53,835 bases of DNA from a virus (lineage: Duplodnaviria > Caudoviricetes): positions 1 to 53,835 of IMG/VR virus record IMGVR_UViG_3300048599_000781; one strand, written 5' to 3'. A program made the position numbers and the translations under genes. Positions 8,347 through 17,602 of the stretch are shown here, piece after piece. Numbering within the stretch: position 1 is the stretch's first letter; each line of letters opens with the position of its first letter. A model generated the notes under the pieces. That model was given only the letters and a program-made list of their open reading frames with translations. It was not told where the DNA came from and did not search any database.

Positions 8347-9868
8347 CGTTACTTTTCCCCCCAGCGGCTTGACCTGCCGCTACTTGAGCTGCGCCCACAA
8401 TGGGAGCGCGAGTCCCTCAGAAGACTACACGTATGGGGAGTCCAGCAACCTGGCGCCCCCTGCGAGGCGACTCCGAGTCGCGTCTGGCGAGATTGGAGCG
8501 GCGTCGTGGGGCGGGGATCTACTCGCCTTCGCCCGTCACGATCCGGCGGGCCTGGTCGTAGAGGGCCCCGAGCTCTTCCGGCGAAAGGCCGGGCGCGTCC
8601 GCGCCCAGCGCGTAGACCGCGAACTCCCTGATCTCGCGGTCGGTCTCGCGGTCCAGCCGCGCCTCAATGAAGGCGGCGATCTCGGCCGCTGCGAGCTGCT
8701 CGCTCACGTGCAGCAAGCCATCAGCGTCGACCAGCCGGCGTTTGGCCCTTCGGAAGGCGGCGAGACGTTCGGGGCGGCCGGCGATGCGTGTCACGGCCGC
8801 CTCGATGTCCGTCGCGGAGGCGGCCGGTGTAAGGCGGCGCACGTGTGCGGCGACCCGGTCGCGGTCGATCTCGGCCTCGGTCGCCATCATGACCAGGTCG
8901 ATCGCCACCTCGACCTCGTCGGGATCGAGCGCTCCATCTGCGTGGGCGAGGTAAGCCAGTACGCTCAATTCATCCCGGCATTTGCGAATGGCGGCCGCCG
9001 TTGGATCGCCCTGGCGAGCTGGATCGAACAGCGCGTGGGCCTGGAGCCAAGCCAGCGGCTCGTCTGGAACTTCACCAGTCGCCAGGCAGGTAAGTTCGAT
9101 CACCCGGTCGGCGCGGAACGATCGCAGCTCTCCGCGCAGGTGGCAGAACCCGCGGAAATAGACTTTGCCGCCTTCGCGCCAGACCGACTGCAATGTGACG
9201 GCTCGCTCGCTGTCGTCGCCTGCCGCCGTCTCGTAGAGGATGTGAATGACCGTTGGCATGACCGCGCTGCGGTCGATGTCCTCGACGGCTTCGCTGAGCG
9301 GACGAGCCGGGCTCTCGTTGGGTCCCGCCGCAAACAGCGGGTGAGAAAGCAGCCAGGTCTGAGGGTTATGAGCGATCTGGCCAGTGGTCAGGTCGGTCAG
9401 TTGGAGCGTCCCGTCTGCGCGGAACGCGCGCGCTACCCGGCGCAGATGGCATATGCCCCGGAAATAGACCTTCCCGCTCTCGCGCCACACCTTCTCAAGT
9501 GTGATGTCCCGTTCGCTTTGCTCGCCGGCCGTATCGTAGCGGATACGGATGTCAGGCGGCGGCAGGTCCTCAGTGGGCTCGTTGGTCACCAGGCCGTCGG
9601 CGACTTCCTCCGCCAGTTCGGAGAGCGCCAAGGCCGGCGCAGCGCCCATCTCAGGCGGGTCTTCCCCCGCCGGGGCGCGCTGACGGCGGCCCAATCGATC
9701 CAGCAGGCGCGCCACGCCCCGTCTTGCGACGTCGACATAGGCCGACGCCTTCGGCGCCTCGTGCATTGCCGCCATGGGCCGCTCCCCCTTCACCCGATCC
9801 CCGCGCCACGCTCGCATGAGTCCCGAGCCGCGCCACAACCGATGGAGGCCAGCCATGGCTTTCGGTAA
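8129..9868 (+). other. Sense-strand bridge ORF 1 spanning the antisense cassette
   Basis: ATG 8129 overlaps the cro TGA (ATGA); open for 579 codons; stop overlaps the next gene (ATG 9855); no recognisable domain. Confidence 0.5.
8519..9775 (-). CDS. Tandem WYL-domain + TerB-like protein (antisense moron)
   Basis: Two ~75-aa repeats (Y...SER..TL..VWRE.GKVYFRG.CHLR...R.FRAD) followed by TerB-like LAHADGALDPDE...VDADGLLHVSE; RBS GGGGAG before ATG 9775. Confidence 0.8.
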   Translation of the reverse strand: MAAMHEAPKASAYVDVARRGVARLLDRLGRRQRAPAGEDPPEMGAAPALALSELAEEVADGLVTNEPTEDLPPPDIRIRYDTAGEQSERDITLEKVWRESGKVYFRGICHLRRVARAFRADGTLQLTDLTTGQIAHNPQTWLLSHPLFAAGPNESPARPLSEAVEDIDRSAVMPTVIHILYETAAGDDSERAVTLQSVWREGGKVYFRGFCHLRGELRSFRADRVIELTCLATGEVPDEPLAWLQAHALFDPARQGDPTAAAIRKCRDELSVLAYLAHADGALDPDEVEVAIDLVMMATEAEIDRDRVAAHVRRLTPAASATDIEAAVTRIAGRPERLAAFRRAKRRLVDADGLLHVSEQLAAAEIAAFIEARLDRETDREIREFAVYALGADAPGLSPEELGALYDQARRIVTGEGE

Positions 9869-10286
9869 GCCACGCGCGCCAGGCGCGTTCGCCCCGCGCG
9901 CCCCCAAGCCCGCCGCCGCGGTCCGCGCCGAATGGACCGCGGCCATCGCCTATGCCGGCGACATCTGCCTGCACGCCGAACTGGTGGACGGGGGCGCGGA
10001 CGAGGCGACCCTGCGCCAGCCGGGGCAGGCGCTCTCGCGGCTGATGGTGGCGCTGCGCGACCTCGCGCCCGAGAACTTCCCGGTCGGGTCGAGCGCCTGC
10101 CGGACCATGGCCGGGGCGTTCCTGCACCTGGCGCGCTACCTGGTGCTGCCGACGACCGGGCCGATGGCGCGCACGGCGTGCGCCGCCTTCCTGGCGCCGG
10201 GGGTCCGCCAGCTCGACGCGGCCCTGCACCAGCTCCGCGCCGAAGAGGCCTCGGCCTGGCGCGCGCAGACGGGGCGGGACGAATGA
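9855..10286 (+). CDS. Hypothetical early protein
   Basis: GGAGG RBS at 9844; high-GC codon usage; coupled to the next ORF. Confidence 0.65.
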   Translation: MAFGKPRAPGAFAPRAPKPAAAVRAEWTAAIAYAGDICLHAELVDGGADEATLRQPGQALSRLMVALRDLAPENFPVGSSACRTMAGAFLHLARYLVLPTTGPMARTACAAFLAPGVRQLDAALHQLRAEEASAWRAQTGRDE

Positions 10287-10450
10287 GCCCGGCCCTGCGT
10301 CCGCACCGCGACCCGATGCAGCGCGACCGCCGCCAGGCCGCCTACAGCGCCTATCGCGCCCGCTGGGCGGCCGAGTTCGGCCTGTGGATCGCCCAGCCGG
10401 CGGCCGCCCGCACCGAGGACCGGCCCCCGAGCCGGCCGGAGGGGGCATGA
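10283..10450 (+). CDS. Small hypothetical protein
   Basis: ATGA overlaps at both ends. Confidence 0.5.
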   Translation: MSPALRPHRDPMQRDRRQAAYSAYRARWAAEFGLWIAQPAAARTEDRPPSRPEGA

Positions 10451-10914
10451 GCGGCCAGCCCGGATCATCGCCGCGCCGGCGGCTGGACCCCTACCATATC
10501 GCGTTCGCCCGCGCCCGGCGTCCGCGGACGGGCTGGCAGACCCTGGCGCAGATGCTGGGGGTGAACGCCGAGGACCTGCGCCGCGCCTGCGAGGACACCG
10601 CGGTCTATTCCGCGCCCGAGCCTGAAGCGCCGATCTTCGTGCATCCGCCCAAGCCGACGCCGAAGGACCGGCAGCGGCCGCGCAGCGTCCAGGCCGGAAC
10701 CATGGAGGCGGCGGTGCTGGCCGCCCTGGCCGGCGGCGCGCGGCGGCGGGTCCGGCCGCTCGCCTGGGGCGCGGGCCTGACCGAGAAGCAGACGCGCTCG
10801 CTGCTGGTCACCCTGACGACCAAGGGCATGGTCGAGGGGCGCGGCGAGGTCGGCTGGCGGCTGACCGCGGCCGGCAAGGCGGCGCTGGCCGGCTTCGGGG
10901 GCGGCCATGGCTGA
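10447..10914 (+). CDS. HTH/wHTH DNA-binding protein
   Basis: GWQTLAQMLGVNAEDLRR and C-terminal wHTH-like LTTKGMV...WRLTAAG. Confidence 0.65.
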   Translation: MSGQPGSSPRRRLDPYHIAFARARRPRTGWQTLAQMLGVNAEDLRRACEDTAVYSAPEPEAPIFVHPPKPTPKDRQRPRSVQAGTMEAAVLAALAGGARRRVRPLAWGAGLTEKQTRSLLVTLTTKGMVEGRGEVGWRLTAAGKAALAGFGGGHG

Positions 10915-13141
10915 CGGAAGCTGGCCGCTGCATCCGGCAAGGCGGCCGATCCATGCCGGCGCGCCCGGCAAGCTGAAGGTGGTGGGGTTCGCCGGCGGGG
11001 GCGGCTCGTCCGAGGCGGTGCGCGAGGCGCTGGGGGCCGACCCGGACCTGGCCATGAACCACTGGATGGTCGCGGTGCTGGCGCACCAGCGGCATTTCCC
11101 GCGCACCGAACACCGCTGCGCGGACATCTGGCAGGAAGATCCGCGCGCCTGGCGGCCGGGGGAGCCGATTGGCTTCGCCTGGTTCTCGCCCGACTGCACC
11201 GACTTCTCGAAGGCCAAGGGCAAGGCCCCGCGGTCCGAACGCATCCGCGGGCTGGCCTGGTCGATCATCCCCTGGGCCGTGTTCCGGACGATCGACACGA
11301 TCATGATCGAGAACGTCGAGGAGTTCGTGAAGTGGGGGCCGGTCTATCGCAGCGGCCTCAAGGCGGGCGAACCGATCCCGAAGCGACGGGGCGAGACCTT
11401 CCAGCGGTTCGTGCGGCGGCTGAAGCAGGTCGGCTACTGGGTCGAGCATCGCTTCCTGAACGCCGCGGACTATGGCGCGCCGACCACGCGCAAGCGGTTC
11501 TACGCCATCGCGAAACATGTCGGCGTCATCCGGGTGGGCCGGATCGAGGCCGGGCTGGAGGCCTCGCCGATCGTCTGGCCCGAGCCGAGCCACGCGCCGC
11601 GGCATCTGGCCGAGAAGCTGGGCCGCAAGCCCTGGGTCGGGGCCTGCGAGATCATCGACTGGAATGAGCGCTGCCCGTCGATCTTCCTGACGCCGGAGGA
11701 GGCTAAGGCCGAGGGGCTGAAGGTCAAGCGGCCGCTGGTCGGCGCTACGCACAGCCGGATCGCCCGCGGGCTGGAGCGGTTCGTGATCGGCTCGGCCGAG
11801 CCGTTTGTGGTTCCGTTGACCCACCAGGGCGACCTGCGGACGCACGCCGCGCGCGATCCCTTGCGGACGGTGACCGGCGCGCAGCGAGGGGAGCTGGCTG
11901 CGGTCGACGTCGGGATGATCTCCAACGCCTACGGTTCGAACACCCGCGGCGGGCGTGGCGATCCGCGCGATCCTGCCAAGACGTTGACCGGCGCGCATCA
12001 TAGCGGCCTGGTCGTCGGCTCCTTGGTGCGGACTGACATGCACCAGTCGAACGCCAGGTGCGCCTACGATGCTGCGGACCCGCTGCGGACCGTGACCTCG
12101 GCGGGCGGGCACGCCGCAATGTCGGCGACCATAGTGGGCGTGGGCGGGCGGCGCGGGTCCAGTCCGCCGACGAGCGCGGCGCGGCCCTTCCCGACCGTGA
12201 CGGGAAAGGCGGACGCCGCTCTGGCCACGGGCTACCTCGTCCCGCGCTATGGTGAGCGCGATGGCCAGGCGCCTCGCGCCCTGCCGGTGACCGGGCCATA
12301 TCCCGCCGTCGTGCCGGACCAGAACGGCGGCTCGCTGGCCGCCGTCAGCCTGCACCGCCAGTTCGGGCGCAGCATCGGCGGCCCGGCCAACGATCCCGCA
12401 CCGACGCCGATGCCGGGTGGCGGCGGCAAGACCGCGGTCCAGATCGCCTGGCTGGGCCGACAGTTCGGGTCGAATGTCAGCGGCCGCCCGATCGGCGACC
12501 CAGCGCCGACGGTGATGTCCGGAGGGGGCGGCGGCAAGACCCAGCTCGTGGTCGGGTCTCTCGCCTCCTACTACGCGACCGGAGAGGGGTCCGGCCTGGC
12601 CGATCCGATGCGGTCGGCGACCGGGCGGGCGCGGCACGGCCTGACCCTGGCGCATGTGCTCCAGGCCAATACCGGCCTGATCGGGCGGGCGGCGACCGAC
12701 CCGCTGTCGACCATCGTGCAGCTCGGCTCGACCCAGCAACTGATCGAGACGGCCCTGGCCCTCGAGGGCGGGCCGGTCGGCCGCCGCGCGCAGGTGCTGG
12801 AATTCCTGTGGCGCCACTTTGGGCCTCCGACGCCGGACGAATGGCGCGATCCGGCGGCGACGCTGCAGGGCCGGCTGAAGTTCGGCCTGGTGGTCATCGA
12901 CGAGCTGATCTGGATGATCGTCGATATCGGCCTGCGGATGCTCAAGCCGAGCGAGCTGGCGGCGGCCATGGGCCTGCGGCCCGGCTTCGACCTTTCGGTC
13001 AACGCCCTGGGCGAGCCGGTCAGCAAGACCCACCAGATCCAGATGATCGGCAACATGGTCAGTCCGCCGCCGGCCATCGCGATGATCCGGGCCAACTGCC
13101 CGGACCTGATCGAACCCCAGGATTGGAAGGAGGCGGCATGA
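10907..13141 (+). CDS. C5-cytosine DNA methyltransferase with repeat-rich insertion
   Basis: Motif I FAGGGG, catalytic SPDC, motif VI ENV, motif VIII YGAPTTRKR, motif X IGNMV. Confidence 0.9.
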   Translation: MADGSWPLHPARRPIHAGAPGKLKVVGFAGGGGSSEAVREALGADPDLAMNHWMVAVLAHQRHFPRTEHRCADIWQEDPRAWRPGEPIGFAWFSPDCTDFSKAKGKAPRSERIRGLAWSIIPWAVFRTIDTIMIENVEEFVKWGPVYRSGLKAGEPIPKRRGETFQRFVRRLKQVGYWVEHRFLNAADYGAPTTRKRFYAIAKHVGVIRVGRIEAGLEASPIVWPEPSHAPRHLAEKLGRKPWVGACEIIDWNERCPSIFLTPEEAKAEGLKVKRPLVGATHSRIARGLERFVIGSAEPFVVPLTHQGDLRTHAARDPLRTVTGAQRGELAAVDVGMISNAYGSNTRGGRGDPRDPAKTLTGAHHSGLVVGSLVRTDMHQSNARCAYDAADPLRTVTSAGGHAAMSATIVGVGGRRGSSPPTSAARPFPTVTGKADAALATGYLVPRYGERDGQAPRALPVTGPYPAVVPDQNGGSLAAVSLHRQFGRSIGGPANDPAPTPMPGGGGKTAVQIAWLGRQFGSNVSGRPIGDPAPTVMSGGGGGKTQLVVGSLASYYATGEGSGLADPMRSATGRARHGLTLAHVLQANTGLIGRAATDPLSTIVQLGSTQQLIETALALEGGPVGRRAQVLEFLWRHFGPPTPDEWRDPAATLQGRLKFGLVVIDELIWMIVDIGLRMLKPSELAAAMGLRPGFDLSVNALGEPVSKTHQIQMIGNMVSPPPAIAMIRANCPDLIEPQDWKEAA

Positions 13142-13473
13142 AGGACGCCGGGACGCCCGTCGGGCTGACGACGGAGGAGCGCCGCGCGGCCGTGGCCATG
13201 GCCAGGGCGCTGTCGGACATCCGCGAGGCGCGGGTGCGGCAGGTGCGGGAGAAGGGCTACAGCCCCGATCACGACGACCAGTATCGCAGCGATGAGCTGG
13301 AGCGCGCCGCGGCGACCTATGCGCTGGCGCGGACCTATCCGCAGGGGCGGCTGTGGCCCTGGCACCCGAGGTACTGGAAGCCCCGCAGCCATCGCGAGAA
13401 CCTGGTGCGGGCCGGAGCGCTGATCGTGGCGGCGATCGAGAAGATCGACCGGGACGAGGGGCGGGCGAGATGA
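13138..13473 (+). CDS. Conserved-type phage hypothetical protein
   Basis: RxRQ...HDD.Y...EL..AA...WPW...WKP...LVRAGALI pattern common in temperate phages. Confidence 0.75.
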   Translation: MKDAGTPVGLTTEERRAAVAMARALSDIREARVRQVREKGYSPDHDDQYRSDELERAAATYALARTYPQGRLWPWHPRYWKPRSHRENLVRAGALIVAAIEKIDRDEGRAR

Positions 13474-13640
13474 GCGCGGCCCAACACCGGGGGGGGGGTG
13501 AACGCCCCGTCCAGCTTCGCGCCTGGCTGGAATATGTGGCGCAGCAGGCCATCGACTGGCTCGACGAACTCGACGCCGCGACCGAGGACCTGGAGGACGA
13601 CGAGCGCGAGGTCGTCACGGTCGAGGAGGCTTGGCCATGA
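13470..13640 (+). CDS. Small acidic protein containing a G10 tract
   Basis: ATGA coupling at both ends; IDWLDELDAATEDLEDD. Confidence 0.55.
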   Translation: MSAAQHRGGGERPVQLRAWLEYVAQQAIDWLDELDAATEDLEDDEREVVTVEEAWP

Positions 13641-13987
13641 CTGAGGTTCGCGCCAACAAGCGCACCTACGCCATCGGCCTCTACCTGCTGAGCGGCTGGC
13701 TGCCGTGGGGCGTCGACCTGGATCGCCGGCGCGGTCGGCCGGAGGCTGCGACGCCCTCGATCCCCTTGTGCGCTCCGCTGTTTTCCCGCGGTCAGGCGCG
13801 GTGGATCGTATGTTGCGGCCACACCCTGTCGACAGCCGAGGTCGAGCGCTGGAAGGCGGCGGGCCTGATGGTCGACGGCGAGCCGGATGCGCGCGGCCGG
13901 CCCTGCGTGGTGGCCGGCCCAGGCCTGGAGCGGTGGCTGGGGGCGGCGTTCAATGGCCTGCATGCCCGGCGTTGGGGGCGCGCATGA
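13637..13987 (+). CDS. Hypothetical protein
   Basis: GGAGG RBS; ATGA coupling. Confidence 0.55.
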   Translation: MTEVRANKRTYAIGLYLLSGWLPWGVDLDRRRGRPEAATPSIPLCAPLFSRGQARWIVCCGHTLSTAEVERWKAAGLMVDGEPDARGRPCVVAGPGLERWLGAAFNGLHARRWGRA

Positions 13988-14145
13988 GCCTCATCCAGAT
14001 CGTGGGCGCCGTCGTGGCCGGATGTGTCGTGCTCGATCTCGCCAAGCCGCGGGACCGCCGCGCCGCGCGCGGCTACCTCACCGGAGCGGGCGTCGTGACG
14101 CTGTTCTGGCTGCTGGTCGAGCTGGCGAGGCTCGCCCATGCTTAA
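13984..14145 (+). CDS. Small two-TM membrane protein
   Basis: Two hydrophobic segments; ATGA coupling. Confidence 0.55.
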   Translation: MSLIQIVGAVVAGCVVLDLAKPRDRRAARGYLTGAGVVTLFWLLVELARLAHA

Positions 14146-14398
14146 GCGGTCGCTCACCGAGGAGGAATTGACGGTCGCGAAGGTCGGCGGGCCGCCCTGG
14201 GGCTGGATGTGCCTGGAGGTCGTGGACCTAGTCAGCGGCGAGCCGATCGACCGGGTCCTGGAAGTCGACGCCGTCGGCGGGTGGCTGGTCCGCTACGTGC
14301 TCGGCCGAGATGGGCGGATTTTGCTGGTCCATGGGACGCCCGTGCTCGAACGGATCGAGGGGCGGTTCGTGATCCGGCGGAAGTCCGCCCATGCGTAG
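14138..14398 (+). CDS. Hypothetical protein
   Basis: Coupled ORF with beta-rich composition. Confidence 0.6.
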   Translation: MLKRSLTEEELTVAKVGGPPWGWMCLEVVDLVSGEPIDRVLEVDAVGGWLVRYVLGRDGRILLVHGTPVLERIEGRFVIRRKSAHA

Positions 14399-16988
14399 GC
14401 GCGAGGACTACGAGGCCTTCCTCAAGGCCAAGGTTCGGCTGGCCGACCCGTCGGGGTTCGACCTGCCGGAGCGGGCGCTGCATCCCTGGCTGAAGCCGCA
14501 TGCCGGGAAGGCGGTGCGCTGGATGCTGCGGGGCGGCCGGCGGGCGGTGTTCGCCAAGTTCGGCCTGGCCAAGACCTCCATGCAGCTCGAAGCCGGCCGG
14601 CGGACGCTGGAGCACCTGGGCGGCCGGGCGCGGGGCCTGATCGTCGCGCCGCTGGGCGTGCGCCAGGAGTTCATGCGCGACGCCGCCAGCCTGGGCGTGG
14701 CGATCCGGTTCGTGCAGTCGCTGGTCGAGTGCTGGGGGCCGGGCCTTTACCTGACCAACTACGAGAGCGTGGTGGGCGGCAAGGTCGACCCGTCCGGCTT
14801 CCAGTTCGTCAGCCTGGACGAGGCGGCGTGCCTGCGCGGCATGGGCGGGACCAAGACTTTCCGCGAGATGATGCGGCTGCTGGAGGGCGTGGCCTATCGG
14901 TTCGTGGCCACGGCGACGCCATCGCCCAACGATTTCGTCGAGCTGTTGGCCTATGCGGCGATCCTGGGGATCATGGATATCGGCCAGGCCAAGACGCGGT
15001 TCTTCCAGCGCAATTCCGAGCAGGCCGACAAGCTGACCCTGCATCCGCACAAGGAGCGGGAGTTCTGGCTGTGGGTGTCGAGCTGGGCGCTGTTCATCTC
15101 GCGGCCGTCGGATCTCGGCTGTTCGGACGACGGCTACGAGCTGCCGCCCATGCAGGTGCGCTGGCATGAGGTGAAGGTCGATCACCGCGACGCCGCGCCC
15201 GAGAAGGGCGGGCAGGGGGTGCTGTTCCGCGATGCGGCGATCGGGGTGGTGGAGAGCGCGCGGGAGAAGCGCGCCACCCTGGTCGCGCGCGTCGCCAAGC
15301 TGGCGCAGATCGTGGCCGGCGACCCGGCCGCGCACCGCATCCTCTGGCACGACCTGGAGGACGAGCGGACCTTGATCGAGCAGGCCGTGCCGGGCGCGTT
15401 CTCGGTCTACGGCGCCCAGGACGGGGCGGTGAACACCGAGCGGATCATCCAGTTCTCGGACGGGCTGTTCCCGTACCTGGCGGCCAAGCCGGTGATGGCG
15501 GGCGCCGGGTGCAATTTCCAGCGGCATTGCCACAAGGCGGTGTTCGTCGGGGTGGGCTTCAAGTTCCACGACTTCATCCAGGCCATCCACCGCATCCAGC
15601 GGTTCGGCCAGACGCAGCCGGTCGAGATCGACGTGATCTACGCCGAGAGCGAGCGGCGGGTGCGGCGCGACCTGGAGCGCAAGTGGGCTCAACACAATCT
15701 GATGGTGGAGAAGATGGCGGGGATCATCCGCGAGTTCGGGCTGTCGAACCTCGACATGGCCCAGGCGCTGACGCGCTCGCTTGGGGTCGAGCGGGTGGAG
15801 GTGGCGGGCGAGGGGTATTCGATCGTCAACAATGATTGCGTGGCCGAATGCATGGGCATGGCCGACGACAGCGTCGACCTGATCGTCACCTCGATCCCGT
15901 TCTCGACGCAGTACGAGTATTCGCCGCGCTACGAGGACTTCGGCCACACCGACGACAACGGCCACTTCTTCGAGCAGATGGGGTTCCTGGCGCCCGAACT
16001 GCTGCGCATCCTCAAGCCCGGCCGGGACGCCTGCATCCATGTGAAGGACCGGATCGTGCCGGGCGCGCTGACCCGCCTGGGCTTCCAGACGGTCTATCCG
16101 TTCGCCGACGACACCCGCGCGGCCTTCATGCGGGCCGGGTTCGCCTATATCGGCAAGATCACGAACACGACCGACGTCGTGCGTGAGAACAACCAGACCT
16201 ATCGGCTGGGGTGGAGCGAGCAGCTCAAGGACGGGACGCGGCAGGGGACCGGTATCCCGGAGGAAATTCTGATCTTTCGCAAGCCGCCGTCGGACCGCAG
16301 CGACGGCTATGCGGACACGCCGGTCGCCAAGGCGCGGCCGGACTATAGGAACGAAGCCGGCGAGCCGGTCAGCTACGAGACGCCGGGAAAGATTCCTGTG
16401 AGCGGCACCGGCTATTCGCGCGGGCGCTGGCAGCTCGACGCGCACGGCTACTGGAAGTCGAGCGGCGACCGGCTGATGCGGGTCGAGGAATGGGCGAGCT
16501 GGGACCGGCTGGACGAGGTCTATCGGCTCTGGCGGCAGTTCAACCTCAACGAGGTCTACGACTACGAGCAGCACGTCCGGATCGGCGAGGCGCTGGACGT
16601 GATGGGCAAGCTGCCGCCCACCTTCATGCTGCTGCCGCCCCATAGCTGGCATCCCGACGTCTGGACCGACGTGGCGCAGATGCTGTCGATGAACACGTTG
16701 CAGTCGGCGGCCGGGGCGGAAAAGCACATCTGCCCCTTGCCCTTCGACATCGTCGACCGGCTGATCCGCCAGCGCTCCATGCCCGGAGAGCTGGTGTTCG
16801 ATCCGTTCGGCGGCTTGGGGACCGTGCCCTATCGCGCCCTGAAGCTCGGCCGGCGCGGGGCCTGCGTGGAGCTGAACGCCGACTATTTCCTGGCGGCCTG
16901 CAAGTATGTCGAGGCCATGGCGCGGGAAAAGGCCATGCCGACCCTGTTCGACCTGACGGGCGAGCGTCAGTCGGAGGCGGCGGCGTGA
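14391..16988 (+). CDS. SNF2-like helicase fused to amino (N4/N6) DNA methyltransferase
   Basis: Degenerate Walker A FGLAKT, LDEA, TATP, QAIHRIQRFGQ; MTase motif IV TSIPF followed by motif I DPFGGLGT (beta order). Confidence 0.9.
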   Translation: MRRREDYEAFLKAKVRLADPSGFDLPERALHPWLKPHAGKAVRWMLRGGRRAVFAKFGLAKTSMQLEAGRRTLEHLGGRARGLIVAPLGVRQEFMRDAASLGVAIRFVQSLVECWGPGLYLTNYESVVGGKVDPSGFQFVSLDEAACLRGMGGTKTFREMMRLLEGVAYRFVATATPSPNDFVELLAYAAILGIMDIGQAKTRFFQRNSEQADKLTLHPHKEREFWLWVSSWALFISRPSDLGCSDDGYELPPMQVRWHEVKVDHRDAAPEKGGQGVLFRDAAIGVVESAREKRATLVARVAKLAQIVAGDPAAHRILWHDLEDERTLIEQAVPGAFSVYGAQDGAVNTERIIQFSDGLFPYLAAKPVMAGAGCNFQRHCHKAVFVGVGFKFHDFIQAIHRIQRFGQTQPVEIDVIYAESERRVRRDLERKWAQHNLMVEKMAGIIREFGLSNLDMAQALTRSLGVERVEVAGEGYSIVNNDCVAECMGMADDSVDLIVTSIPFSTQYEYSPRYEDFGHTDDNGHFFEQMGFLAPELLRILKPGRDACIHVKDRIVPGALTRLGFQTVYPFADDTRAAFMRAGFAYIGKITNTTDVVRENNQTYRLGWSEQLKDGTRQGTGIPEEILIFRKPPSDRSDGYADTPVAKARPDYRNEAGEPVSYETPGKIPVSGTGYSRGRWQLDAHGYWKSSGDRLMRVEEWASWDRLDEVYRLWRQFNLNEVYDYEQHVRIGEALDVMGKLPPTFMLLPPHSWHPDVWTDVAQMLSMNTLQSAAGAEKHICPLPFDIVDRLIRQRSMPGELVFDPFGGLGTVPYRALKLGRRGACVELNADYFLAACKYVEAMAREKAMPTLFDLTGERQSEAAA

Positions 16989-17563
16989 GGGCGGCTCCTG
17001 TATTTTTCTGGGATGCTGTAGGGCTTGCTGCCTTCAGGGGCGTTGTAGTCCAACAACCACAACGCATGGTCGATCGCGCTAACGATGGCGTTCGCTGCGC
17101 GGATGGCAGGCTTTGCATTGCGAAATCTTACCGCCCAGCGCGCTGTTCTGAGGGCGGCTGTGATCTCTGCTTCAACTCGCCGGGCCACTTCGCGATCGTA
17201 GAGGTCGTCGAGTGCTGTGCGCTGAGCGGCGAGTTCCTTTTGGGCGGCGACAAGGCCTCGGAACTGGAAGTTCAGGGATCTCAAATTTCCCGCCGAGGCC
17301 ACCGTTCGGAGCGAGCCGGCGTAAAATCTCGCGCCTCGGAGTGTGCGTGCGTAGTTTTCCACCTTTCGAAGGCTGGACTTTCGTTCTCTGCGGCGCTGCT
17401 CCAAGATTGGCATTCGGCCGACGACGAACGCCGCGACGATGGCGATTATGCCGCCAACCGCCTGAGCCCAGCCGGCAAGACCAGAGTGGGCCTCGACCCA
17501 GCACAGGATCGCCGGATCGGTGCAGGCGCGAGCGATGTCCGGGGTGAGGGCAGGCTCCACCAT
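16967..17563 (-). CDS. Antisense membrane-anchored moron A
   Basis: TM WAQAVGGIIAIVAAFVVG then basic coiled coil; visibly more AT-rich than its flanks. Confidence 0.7.
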   Translation of the reverse strand: MVEPALTPDIARACTDPAILCWVEAHSGLAGWAQAVGGIIAIVAAFVVGRMPILEQRRRERKSSLRKVENYARTLRGARFYAGSLRTVASAGNLRSLNFQFRGLVAAQKELAAQRTALDDLYDREVARRVEAEITAALRTARWAVRFRNAKPAIRAANAIVSAIDHALWLLDYNAPEGSKPYSIPEKYRSRPHAAASD

Positions 17564-17602
17564 GGCTGCATCCTGACCTGCGCAGAGGAGGGAGATCAAT
17601 GA
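16985..17602 (+). other. Sense-strand bridge ORF 2
   Basis: GTG 16985 overlaps the MTase TGA (GTGA; GGAGG at 16973); TGA 17600-17602 overlaps ATG 17599 (ATGA). Confidence 0.5.
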
